Shown here: in pieces, positions 26,901 through 38,400 of the stretch
Layout: each line of letters begins with the position of its first letter
How positions within the stretch are numbered: position 1 is the first letter of the stretch
IMG/VR virus record: IMGVR_UViG_3300044712_000083
Span: 32,001-96,000 of that record
Direction: 5' to 3' (one strand)
DNA: 64,000 nt
DNA from: a virus
Translations under genes and position numbers: made by a program
The notes under the pieces: model-generated
What the model was told of the DNA's origin: nothing
Database searches by the model: none
The model's input: only the letters and a program-made list of their open reading frames with translations

Positions 26901-29469
26901 CTAACTCATCTGTATAAATAAGATTACCTAATTTGACAGCAACATCTTTGAATCTATCAGATGTTTTGATAAATAATCTCATTTCATCAGAAAACTCTGA
27001 TAATTGTTTATCAGTTAATGACTTATCAAATACATCTCTGTCTTTGTATAGTAAGTTGTATTCATTGATGATACGCTCACCAGTGTTTCTTATATTACGA
27101 ATAACCTGAACAAGCTCACTTAGATCACCAGCTGTTTGTGTAATACGAATAGCTCTACTAAGAAGTGCAAGTCTTTCTTTTCTTAAGTCACGATCTTCTT
27201 CTTTAACTTCTTCTTGTTCTGTCATTTTATATAACAATACAAGATCCGCTACAACTTCATCAAGATCAGTATCACCTGTAGATTCTAATTCTTCAGATAC
27301 TGGCAATAAGTATAACTCATTCTCAACATCAATTCTACTAGCATCAACATCTCCAATAGAAATACTAGATAAACGTAAATCTGATTCAGGATCTTTTCTA
27401 TCCTTACGCTTGAACTCCATAGCAATTGGAATAGCTCTCACCATACCAAAGTCCTCAACTCCATATTGCTCACGCAAGATTTGACGATATCTACTCAACT
27501 GAATACCAAATGCACCTTGCTTAAACCAAGCAACATCATCTTGATCATTCTTAATGTGCATGAACTTCCAGTCAAGGATGTGTGTCTTACCAGAAGGTTC
27601 TATAGCTAAGAAGTCAATTGTACCAGCCTCATCTGCAATAGGATCATAGATTACAACCTCAGATAAGATTAATGTATCTTTATCAAGTGTATCTATTAAT
27701 TCTAAATAGTAGTTCTCTAGTTCTTCATACATTCCATATGAAGGAAGATTAATCTCTTCTTGACTAGGAGCTTCTAAAGGTTTTGTTCTTCTAGTTCCAT
27801 CTTCATTAAAGTATCTTCTATGGATTTCTTCTAAGTCTAAGTGACCAGCAATACCATAAGTTCTCTTTAATTCATTGAACTTCTTCTCTATGTCTGTAAA
27901 CTCTTTTTTAGGAAACTTCTTATTATACCAAGCTTTAACACGGTCTGTTACACGATTAGCAATTTTCTTAGCACTAGCTTGATTCTCATACCAGTTAGTA
28001 GCTTCTTCTGTATCTAATAGAATAGGATCAGCCTTTTCATCAGAGTATTTCTTTTTAATAAGATTCTTTGTATCCTCGATGTTCTTTATAATTTGCTCTT
28101 GAGCAGCAGTTACTGACTTCTGATAGAATACACCATTTGCTTGTAATTGATCTACAGTACCAATGTCTCCTGTAATAATCTGTTGAGCAGCCTCCTCAAA
28201 CAAAGACATATCTGTCTTACGATATTGTCCATTGATGAAATCCATAATAGCATTCCACCATCTACGAATCATAGACAGGTTCTCTCTTTCAAGAAGCTCT
28301 GGGTATTGTTGTGAGTTGTCTAGGCTATTGATTATAACCTCAGCGATCAATTTATCTACAGCTTCCTTCTTGATCTTACGAATATCAGGTTTACCATTTG
28401 GTAACTGATAGTCTGGATCATTCTTGTAGGCTTCTAGCACTTCTTTATAGATGGCAAAGCGATCAATCTTAGAGATCATTTCTGTTACCATAGAAGGATT
28501 CATGATCTCTATCATTGCTGTAGCAACGTGCACAACCTCTTCTGTTAATGCTTGTCCTTCTTTACCATCAGCAATAGCAATAACACGTCTTACTAAGTCA
28601 GCAAGACCAGTGATATCATTACGCTTAAGTCCAGTTGATTTCATGTAATCAGATAACTTCTGGATAGGTACACCCATCTTCTCAGCTATCTTCTTAAGTT
28701 TTTCTAAAGCTTGCTCAGATGCTACAGACTGACGCATTGGTCCTTTCTTCTGATAGGATGTAGCAGAAGAAGCTGATTTATTAGTTGCTACAAACTTTCT
28801 AAATCCTTCTATATCTTTTGCAGAACCTAGTATATGAATTTGTTCTGGATCAAATACAGTGACATCATTCTTTGTTACCTTCTCACCATTAACATTATAC
28901 TTAATTGGTAGAATTATAGAATCTTTTTTAGCTGCCTTTAATCTTTTTTCATTTGGTGAAGTAGGACTACCAAATTTTTTTTCACGCATTTCATCAAAGC
29001 CTTCTATTGTTGGTACTATAGTATATGGAGATTTAACATCTAAGATTGCTTGATATACTCTTCCTTTTCCATCTTCACCAATATAAGAAGAAGTTATTCT
29101 TTTACTAGGTGTAAAAAATATACCAGATGTAGTTCCATTAGATGGATCACTCATCTCCCAACCTTCTGAAAATGGCTTTTTAAAAACTTCAATATTAGTA
29201 GCTTTACTTCCGTGATATAAAATATCTTTTACTTGACTATCAGGAAAGATAGTATCTAAGTATGCAGAGTATTCTTCTTCATCACCAATCTCAGCTAGTT
29301 CAGGAGTAGATGAGAATACACTAGCTACTCCTGGTTTAACTGTTGGTATATATTCTTCTTGAGGAACTTCTCCTTCATATATATCCCATAGGAAATATGC
29401 TATATCGTTTCCTCTAGCTGCTACTAACTGATTCCAAGAATCTAAATTTTTATTTGGACAAGTTGCCAT
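23944..29469 (-). CDS. Large virion cargo protein with a polyvalent-protein-type ART-like domain, degenerate zincin and PD-(D/E)xK nuclease-like domain
   Basis: LYHGS...GIFFT...VFDPEQIHILG; LTEEVVH; SEVVIYD...AGTIDFL...ILDWK...QLSRY; hydrophobic segment near the C-terminus. Confidence 0.75.
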   Translation of the reverse strand: MATCPNKNLDSWNQLVAARGNDIAYFLWDIYEGEVPQEEYIPTVKPGVASVFSSTPELAEIGDEEEYSAYLDTIFPDSQVKDILYHGSKATNIEVFKKPFSEGWEMSDPSNGTTSGIFFTPSKRITSSYIGEDGKGRVYQAILDVKSPYTIVPTIEGFDEMREKKFGSPTSPNEKRLKAAKKDSIILPIKYNVNGEKVTKNDVTVFDPEQIHILGSAKDIEGFRKFVATNKSASSATSYQKKGPMRQSVASEQALEKLKKIAEKMGVPIQKLSDYMKSTGLKRNDITGLADLVRRVIAIADGKEGQALTEEVVHVATAMIEIMNPSMVTEMISKIDRFAIYKEVLEAYKNDPDYQLPNGKPDIRKIKKEAVDKLIAEVIINSLDNSQQYPELLERENLSMIRRWWNAIMDFINGQYRKTDMSLFEEAAQQIITGDIGTVDQLQANGVFYQKSVTAAQEQIIKNIEDTKNLIKKKYSDEKADPILLDTEEATNWYENQASAKKIANRVTDRVKAWYNKKFPKKEFTDIEKKFNELKRTYGIAGHLDLEEIHRRYFNEDGTRRTKPLEAPSQEEINLPSYGMYEELENYYLELIDTLDKDTLILSEVVIYDPIADEAGTIDFLAIEPSGKTHILDWKFMHIKNDQDDVAWFKQGAFGIQLSRYRQILREQYGVEDFGMVRAIPIAMEFKRKDRKDPESDLRLSSISIGDVDASRIDVENELYLLPVSEELESTGDTDLDEVVADLVLLYKMTEQEEVKEEDRDLRKERLALLSRAIRITQTAGDLSELVQVIRNIRNTGERIINEYNLLYKDRDVFDKSLTDKQLSEFSDEMRLFIKTSDRFKDVAVKLGNLIYTDELAESAKTKEEKKQVAERKRVLEELTLEASAIARTQQSVKKLLIGKGGFGDKYIGWRNLVGGLMDPEAVIKGISSWFRGVSDLGSKSLQILFKVTQAAENKASKDGIALVNELLEIRKELMEGGNVMEKIRSIYQKDDEGKRMNNLVYVYTKEFREAVDKNANDPEGGDKNWLLNNIDVEAYKKEAAEVLDRQIKSIERNNPGNDDETIKRRKFLIEQQKRKYDIDRVDFDGWNNYIVKRHPLEKWYSEEYKRIMQDPGLLKLYNFIEKVNNIAAEEGYISNMIKKTFLPFVAKTMAEEVAFDGVGSAIANFYENLGKIGDDLRITSKDVGLGEINQFTQQIENGIPKYYTKDFTKKEAGDTTDFSQISEDIFANLVLYIQHVQKYKYLKEVSGQLKLLSTIEEFKGHLQTTRLGDVVTKEDGTPVVITTENKENTETYDNFYKALVLQQRYPLSDADTAIGNPMNIIKRLINKAAGREVYKENPTPLSAVKTMEKINKWYQLKALGLDPFSGLANLFGANIQMSALAGTYFKSREFLSSEADLMSGIFQNEESAETFVQLMETFMPLKDSPFKKLYEEAGISALTRANLGDMLMFFMRKPEEFIDKAVFLTLMKNSMVVDGNIVNIKQYVSAKYQNRADSSALYRESKKKINEEIEELKKTKSMWVTKRLENGKLVIPGLDLNNLDETQRLTNLSRNIARSITGNLSNGDINKAGMNIWARSAMVFQNWIPRLVDVRFSEFKKTSDDFSVRIDPVTGKVTGERYDIGRLRLLTTVWVTSVRDLSSNITNILTANEKGMAIIDELFLKYKKEWKDRTGTEMNMSKADFTDMIVNNLRNQIKELGILFTLMTILFTGGFGLIAPDDDDDKATKNAKRYTERMLNKFTDELSFFYNPMEIERILSGDKLPALGLFADVFKFAGQLGQEITGQDFDAETTPEEVRKKVYPIKTLMKLTPGFKPVINLGASFSNDFAKEFDITIQAENNMR

Positions 29470-29470
29470 A

Positions 29471-32400
29471 TTAACAGATTAAATCATTTAGAATTTTACC
29501 AATTTCCTTTATGGAGAAGCCAGCAGCTAGTAAGTTCTCTGCAGTTACATCAGCTTTATTCCAAGGCTTACCTCTTAATAGAACTGTTTCTTCAGCAGTA
29601 GGATTCTCAACTACAGCATCTCCTTGATCACCGCGTAATTCATCTCTAACTTCCATAATTATTTTTGAGAATCTTCCTTTATCTTGTTCTACACCACCAA
29701 GCTTATGTGTAATTTCCATGTTGCCTGTTTCTAATAACTTCTCTAACTTGTCTGGATTCTGAGTGAATGATTCAGTCATTAACTTCTTCATCACTTTGTT
29801 GTAAGCACCATCCCACTGTTTAGTGTTCAAGTCTTTGATTCCTTCACCAATCTTCTTAGCGTTGTAACCATTTGCTTTAACTAATGAATCTAAAGTCTTT
29901 TGCTGATCAGCAGTTAGTTTACGAGTCTTTAAGTAACTGTTTGTATATAACAATTTAGATGCTTGTAATGCTCCTTCTACAGTTAAGAATACTTTATACT
30001 TTCCTGCAATTAATGTACGGAAACGCTTAAAGGCAAAGTTACTTAAATCTTTGTATTCTCCACTAGTAAACATTACATTTATTTTTTCAACATCTTCTGT
30101 CTGCTCATTCTGTACAGGAGTTCCTAAAGACTTGTCAAAATAGTAAAGTACATTCTCATCTGTAACTTCTGATTTAGAAATACGTTGACCTTTGCTGTTC
30201 TGTGCATTTACAACTTTGATGTATCCATTGTCAATTACAGAAGCTCTATTTGTGTCATAGTATTCATTAGCTCTGAAACCATCACCCAAAGCATTGATCA
30301 TCTTATAGATGTAGCTCTTGTATGTTTTACCATCACTACCAATGTTTGTTCTCATGTAAGGTTTTCCATCTGCATCTTTAACACGTTGGAACAATCCTTT
30401 ATATATAAATGAATAGTCTCCTTTAGCTCTCATTGCAAACTTCTGCTTTGATGTAAGCTTAGGATCTTCCCATGTATATGTAATCACATCACTATTAGAC
30501 TCTTTGCTAAATGCAGAGATCTTAATGATCATTGGTAAGTTCTTGAATGCTACAGCTTGCTTCACTGATTTAGGAAGGATAAGATCAGGATTAAACTTAC
30601 GACCTGTAGCTTCACTAACTTTATACTTACCACGCTTAGTAGGTACAACATCGCTATTGTTCCAGTTGTTTCTTTGGAAAGCATTCATTGTATAGAAATC
30701 ATCCAAGTTTGTCATCTTATCAATCTTAGATAAGGCAGCATTGTAGATATCTGTAAAGTCCTCATAAGGAAGTAAAGATGTAAATGAAATAGGAGATGAT
30801 GTAAGACCTGACTGTAGAACAGCTACGTTAACTAAGTTCTTGTATAGATCTTCGTTCTCTCTTCCTTTCAAATAATTCTTGATCTCTTCAAATGCATAGA
30901 TGATTTGGTTTTGATCGTACACCTTGTTATCCTTATTGATAATCTGAATGTTATATACGTTGCTACCATCTTGATCAATGGAAGTCATACGTAACGAGTT
31001 GATTACCTGATTGTTATAAAGATCATGAGTTGGATTAGCTTTAACTTCATTCACAAAGTTCATCATCTTATTAGCAAAGTTTTCCTTATCGCTAATTAAT
31101 AACTCAGGAATAAACGCTGCCATATTACCATCAACTTGTACAGCCCAGTCAAATAAACTCTTAACTGCCATCTGTGCAACCTTAGTAAAGTCTCTATCTG
31201 ACATATCTACATATGGCTCAAGAACACGGTGCATCAACGGTCTAATGTTTCCTGAATCAGAGATTAGGAACTTAGCAAGACCATCTCTAATTTCTTTGAT
31301 GTAGTCATATAGATTTTTGATGAATGATTCTTCCATCAACATATCTACACCAGGAACAACTGTACCCTCACTGTTTAATGATGAGAACATTGTACCTTGA
31401 GCTTTGTCAAGTTGCATTTGCTTCTTGAATACAATGAATGGATCATTGATTGTAGCTGTGTCAAAGTTAGAACCTTGTGTCACTTGATATAAGTGATTAG
31501 CCATTCTAGCATACTTCAAGAACTCCTTCAACATGTATCTCTGCTCAGCTTTCTCTGATGAAGTAAGTTTAGAAACTTTCTTACCAACTAAACCTGCAAG
31601 AGTATCCGCATCAGGAATCTTTGTAGATTTCTCTGACATAGTAGAAGAGTAATCATTTAGAGTATCTTCTAATACACCATCATTGAACAACCAACTATAT
31701 CCTTGGCTTTCTAACTTACGTAAGAAGTCACGAATGATTGGTTGGTTCATGAACATAGCTACATCACGAATAGGTACACCAGCCTTAACTAAGAACATCC
31801 AAGTGGAGGCTACGTTAGGAGTAGCACCAAGTTCCATAATCCATGGACCTTTTGCAATATCCACATAACCATCAATGAACTGTCCTAAGATGTCAGAGAT
31901 GTATTCTTTAGCTTTGTTCTTAATCATTGACAAAGTAACAACCTTTCCTAATGTAGGATGATCAACTTCATTCTTCATCTCAAAGTTAATCACACCATCT
32001 CCTAACCACATTTGATCTTCTTCAGACATGTTCTCTATCTTAGGTCTATCTAAGAACATGAACATACGCTGATTGTTAGCATGGTTAGTTTGGTTAACAG
32101 CAGCAATACCAATTGCATACTTACCTGTAACAAACGCATGACGAAGCTTAGACATAAACTCTCTGCTCAACATGTTTCCTGGAGAAGAGTAGTCTATCTC
32201 TTGAATACCAAGTAAACCATTAATCTCAGTTGCTAAACCTTTCAATTGATCAGCTGAGTTAGGTTTAGTTAACTGCTCAAAGTTCTCAGGAGATGTAACT
32301 AGATTCTCAGAAGATTGAATGTAAGCGTTCTGTAGAGATTTTTTATATAATGAATCAATTACAGCTTCTCTTTTTTCTACAGCAGTTATTGCTGCTTTTA

Positions 32401-35400
32401 AATCGCCTTCAATAAATGATTCTTTTTGAGCTTCTTCAAATAACTCATCATATAAAGATGCTTCATCTTTATTCATTGAATCGTACATCTCAGCAAACTT
32501 AGCTCTTGCTTCTTTACCAATTCCATAGAAAGGAATTACTTCAGGATAACCATTCTTGCCTGTACGCAAGTTTTTGAAGTAAATACTCAACTTATCTATG
32601 TCAAAGTCAGATCCTGCTTTCTGTACAAGTGGTCCTGGAACAATTACAGAGTCACCAAACTCTGCTGGTAAGAACTTAGCAATACGGAATGCATCAATAG
32701 AGTTTTGCTTTTGTGTAGGAATACGGAATGCAATACCAGTGATAGCAGCTAATTGAGCTTTACCTTCTTCAGTGTTATTGAAGTAGTTCATCAACTCCTC
32801 ATCTGTCTTATCAGACTTAAACCAACGACCAACCATAATCTCACATACACGCTGACCATCATCATCTACATAGAATTTCAACACCTCAGATATGTATGCT
32901 TTACCTTTAACAGGATCTTTCTTAGCATTAACTGTTTCTAATAGACGAGAAGACATCTGTACCTTTTGACCACCAGTAATCTTTGGAGAGATAACTGTAG
33001 AATCTGCAATAGAATACAAGATGTTTCTAAGTTGATCATACGCAGGCGTAGCCTCCATGATAACTTGTCCAGCTCTCATTCCTTCTAAAGCAGAGATCAC
33101 ATTATCGTTTACATCACGACTAGCAATTGAACTAGTTAATAAATCAATTACTTTATCAATGTTCGAAACAACATAACCATCCTTAGTTTTAGTAAGTCCT
33201 AACTTCTTTAATAATGTTTGGTAGCCAGTTTCTGTAATGGCTTCTAAAAGAGCTTGATTGTTTTTAATCTCTTTGTAAAGCTTAGACGCAGTTTCTTTAT
33301 TTGTTTCTTGTGACCAAGCAATGAAACGCTCTTCAAACTCTTTACCTGGCATATAGTCTACAGGAACTCCTCCAGCCATAAAGTCCATAGTGATTAACTT
33401 TGTAGCTTGTGATCCACGAGTTACAATGTCTTCACTCTTAGAAGGAACTTCTGATTGAATATCAATGATACCAAAAGGAACATTAACAATCCCTTTGAAC
33501 TTAGCGGTGTTCATTGCACCAGACTTATCATATAGATCATTAACTTGCTCAGCACCAACCTTTCTACCACTAGCATATACAGCATAGTCAATATCTTCAG
33601 CTATCATCTTATCATATAGCTTAAGAGCATTGGTAGAATTAACTAAGTTACCTGCTTCATCCTTCTCACTTAACTCATGTAAAATACGATATGATAGAGG
33701 GAATAATGCAAACTTGTCTAGCATTATATCATTGTAATCTTTACCATTATCTTTGTTACCACGAGAGATAGGCTTCAATGGAGTGTATGCACTCTTGACA
33801 CCAGGATTTCCTTTAGCAAGAAGTTCTTCTTCTTGTGGACTTAGCTTTTGTTTCTTATCACGCTTCTCCCACGCAATATCATAACGATACTGACGCTCTT
33901 CTGCACTATTCCATTCTCCAGCACGAATTCTAAACTTACGATGTGCAGGGAATGTAATCATACCACCACCATCAGTTTCATCATATGCTTTCCCCATGTA
34001 TCCTTTAAGATCATGGATAGCTTTAACGTCTGCTAATGTAATAGTTCTGAAGTGATCACGAATGAAATTACTATAGCCAATTCCACCTTTCTCAAAGCCT
34101 TCATTGTATACACGCTCCATAGCCTTGTTCATCTTAGGGCTACCAGCCATAATCTTTTGACCTGGAGAGTTGAAGTTCTTGATACGCTTTAATTCATCAG
34201 CATACTGATAAGGATCAGAATACAATAACTTATGCAATTCAATATTAGCAATCATGTAGTTTGCTGTTTGGGCATACATGATTTTATTGAATTGCTCTTT
34301 AGAAATTGTAGACTTAGTAATGAATGGTAGATCCTCTACCTTGTATGAGTTCTCATCTTTTGTAGACTCAGTTACAATCTCGTATTGTTTTAATACGTTT
34401 TCTGTAAATGCATTTGCATCTTTAGTAATGAAATTAACAATAGCTTTATTAATTTCTTTCTCGTACTTCTCGTAAACTTTTTCTATAGAACCTTCAGCAT
34501 TAACAATCTTATCATGTAAAGCATTGCGTTCTGTTTCAGTCTTAGCAGCATCATCAGCTAAAATAGCTTTGAAGAAACGTAAATCTTTCTTGCTACGAGT
34601 TTCTTGTTTGTTCTGTACAAAGGTACGATTTGTATCACGAGATAAGCTAAGCTCATCCATGAAGTAACCTTTGAAGATGTTTAACACTTCTTCTGGATCT
34701 TTTGCTGTTACATGTTTACCCATGTAGTTCATCCACTCCATAGAAGCATCGCCTGGAACAAGACTTAGGAAGTATCCTGCTTCATTCAAGTTCATTTCAA
34801 GAATAGTACGCTCTTTGAAGTTTAACTTAGATGAAGGTTTCTTCTTGTTAGTAACAGCATTGTTCATACCATCAGCAACACCTGGCTTGAAATATCTCTC
34901 TGAATTTTCCTTACGAAAACCTTTAGACGTAAACATTGATTTAATCAATACAGAGTTTCTTGCAAAGTCATCTGTAAGAATATATGAATAACGTGTGTCA
35001 CGTAACTCTTCTAAGTTATCAATCTTTGATAATACATCAAACAATTCACTAGCAGCATTTGGTCCAATGAATGTCTGTGTCTTCTCACCATTAATGTTGT
35101 AGTATGTACTACTAAATTCAGGGTTATCAATCTTAGCCTTAAGTTCAGATAGAGTGTTCAGACGACCATCAATATCCAAAGTCTTTCCTTGGTTACTAAT
35201 AATCTTACTTCCTTTAGAAATACTTTCATAAATACCTTTTACAGCATCATCAAAGTTCTTTCTATCTTGAACATTAAGTCTATCAACTTCAGAACGAGTG
35301 AAACCTTTAATTCCTAAATTATTTAAGAATGCTATTTGACCAGCAGTTTTCTTAAGATCAACTTTAGATAAACTACCTTTCTTACCTACATAATTAACGC

Positions 35401-38400
35401 CTGACTTCTGAATGTATAATGATCCAGTTCTTGCTCGGTTAGTTAAACCTGCAAGGAAGTCTTTCTTAACTTGTCTAGCAGCTGTAGAGAAGTTAGAATC
35501 ACCCACTTGGATATCACCATTAGCAAGAATGTAAACGTTCTTTACATCAGGGTTTTGCTTCTTGAACAATCTCCAGAATGCATTAACTAAGTTAACATCA
35601 CCTTCTGTTGCTAAATCAGATAAGTCTCCATTGTGTGTTAAACGATTAACAACTCTCTCGTAGTTCTTATCACGCTTTGCTAAGTCAGTAAGATTATCAA
35701 TCATCTCCTCTACATTACGTGCACCTACTACAGCATTCTGAATAGTTACATAAGCTTGTGCTGTAGGGATCAAACGAACACCACCTAATGCTGTCTCAAC
35801 AAATTCTCCTGTTACAGGATCTACTTGTGGTAAGCTAGAAATTAATAACTTAACTGCAGCGTTGGCTTTCTTCAAACTATCAATCTTATCAGCTTGTTGG
35901 TAATCTCCACGTCCTGAGTTATTCTCATCATTTAGAATAACATTATCGTTCTCATCAAACTCAATACCAAACTTCTTCAAGTATGAATCAAGTTCACTGA
36001 AGATGTTATCCCACTGTTGATTAACTACAGAAAGTAAATTGTTTTGATTAGTTACTAACTTAGTGTAAACATCTTCTTCAATCTTTTTACTATTACGTAA
36101 TTCTTTAAGTAACTCAATGTTTGTTTCAAATAATTCTAATGTGATGTCTTTAAGCTCATCATATAGAATGTCTTTGTTTACATTGTTAAACTCAAAGAAG
36201 TTTGTATCTGGTCTTTCAAGAATAGAGATTACAGCTTCGAATGTCATGTTCTGCAAGATGTCATTCAATTGAGCACTTGTTAAACCTGCCACACGATACT
36301 TACTTGCATTGTCTCCAAATGCATCTTCAATATCAATGATTCCCTTGTTAGCAAAAGACAAAGCAGATTCATTAGCACTTGATTGTGCATAGTATCCAGA
36401 TCCCATTTGTTGGAAGATCTTCTCTAAGTTACTCTTGGCTTGAGGACCAACAAATAATTCTTTAATGAATTGCCATAAGTCAGCAAAGAACTGAGCAATA
36501 GCAGACTTCTCTTTATTAGCAGCTACAGGACGCTTTCCGTATTGGAAGTAATCTCTAGCTTCTTCAGCCATCTGCTCTCTAATCTCATCATTACTAGCTT
36601 TAGAATACTCTATAGTTCTACCAGTTTCTCTATCTACAAATGTTCCTGTTCTAGCTCTAAACTCAGCACGTAATGCAGAACGCTCTGCAGGAGTAGTGAA
36701 CATGTCCATTACTGCCTCAAATGCCTCGTGATAGATTGAACCAACCTCAGCATTCTCAGCTAAGTAGATAGCAGAATCTTTCAACATACCAAAAGCTCTA
36801 ACACCATTAGCACCTTGAATTAAATTCTTAACACGATATAAAGGAATAGTTGGGAAGTTAGCTTTCATAAATGCAGCTACCTTCTCCCAGTTCTCACCTT
36901 CGTAATGATTGATTGATTCTAATAATTTTGCAAGTCTATACTTAGAATTATTACGTCTAGACTTACGTCTTTCTTGTTTAAGTAATTGCTCAGCAGTTGG
37001 TTCTTCTGATGTTGTTTCTTCTTCAGCTGTTTCTAATGCTGCTAATTCTTCATCATATTTACTATTTATCCAGTCTACAGCCTCTTCATAAGTATCAAAT
37101 ATATCACTCTCCTTTGTAGTCTGATAGAAAGCACTAAATCTTCCATCAGCTCTAGGTTCTTTAGGAACAAAGTCAAACGGATCACCTGTGTCTTCTAAAT
37201 TTTTTTCTCTTCTTCTTTCTATATCAGCTATAGCATCTGTAGTTTCTTCTTCGGTAACCTCTTCCTCTTCAACAACTTCTTCCTCAGCAACTTCTTGTGG
37301 AGTTGTTTTATTCTGCATAAGCTGAGCAGAAATAATCAACTGTGTAGCAATTTTAAATAACTCCTCTGGTTCTAAATCTTTAGCTGTTTCAAAATCAAGA
37401 GGAGCGTCTGCAGGATATGCTATCTTAGCAATAGCAAATAACTTATTAACTGCTTCTTGATGTTCTGGATCAGATGCAACAGAACGCATCTCATCATTGA
37501 TCTTAACGTCTACAGCATATCCATCACCTTCTTTTACAGCAGTGTATTCAATCTCACCCAAGTATGGATGTGATTCTAATTGAGTTGTATTTAAGTCCTT
37601 ACCATTTGTTTTAGTAGGCTTAGGTTCTGATGTAGTCTTCTTAGGTTTATTTGCCTTGCTTGCTGGAGTTAACTTTTTACTAGCCATAGCTTTTCTATTA
37701 CTAGCAGTAGCTTTCTTCTCAGCTTTCTTCTCAGCAGTTTCAACTTTACTTCTATAGTATTCACGCTTACCATTGATAGTAAAGTAGATTGAATCTCTAT
37801 TGATATCTGTAGCAGCTTCAATAGGTTTTAATCTTGTAGCTAATGGAATATCTTCTGTAGCTCTAGCAGAACCATCTGGGTTTTTGTTAGATAGTAAGAA
37901 TGATTGATAGTTCTCCCATCTCACCTTTGTCAACTCACCTTCTTCATTTACACCAGTGATTTGGTAGTAAGGAGCATCCCAGTTCTTAGTAGCTTGTGTA
38001 GAGTTAACATTACCATACATTCCTTGGATGATAGCAATAATTCCTTCTTTGCGTCTTTCTAATTCTGTAGGAGTGAAAGGAATCTTTAATCCTTTACCAG
38101 ACATAGACAACAATAATGAATCCTCTTCATCGTTTGCATACTCAAAGAATATACTACTGAAGCCAGGATCTTTTTTGTTTCCTTCGGAATCTTTAGGAGT
38201 TCCCCAATAAACTACAGTCTTTAACCATTCGATAATCTCTGGTGAATCAGATGATATAGCATTACCATCTTTGAAGATATTATTAGATAGACGTAAGATC
38301 ATCTCATAGATAACTTCAGCTTCTTTCTTGTTGAAGTTTCTATTAACTAATTTAGCAAGACCATTTCTTAATGCAAGAAGAGGCATACCAACTTTAGCTT

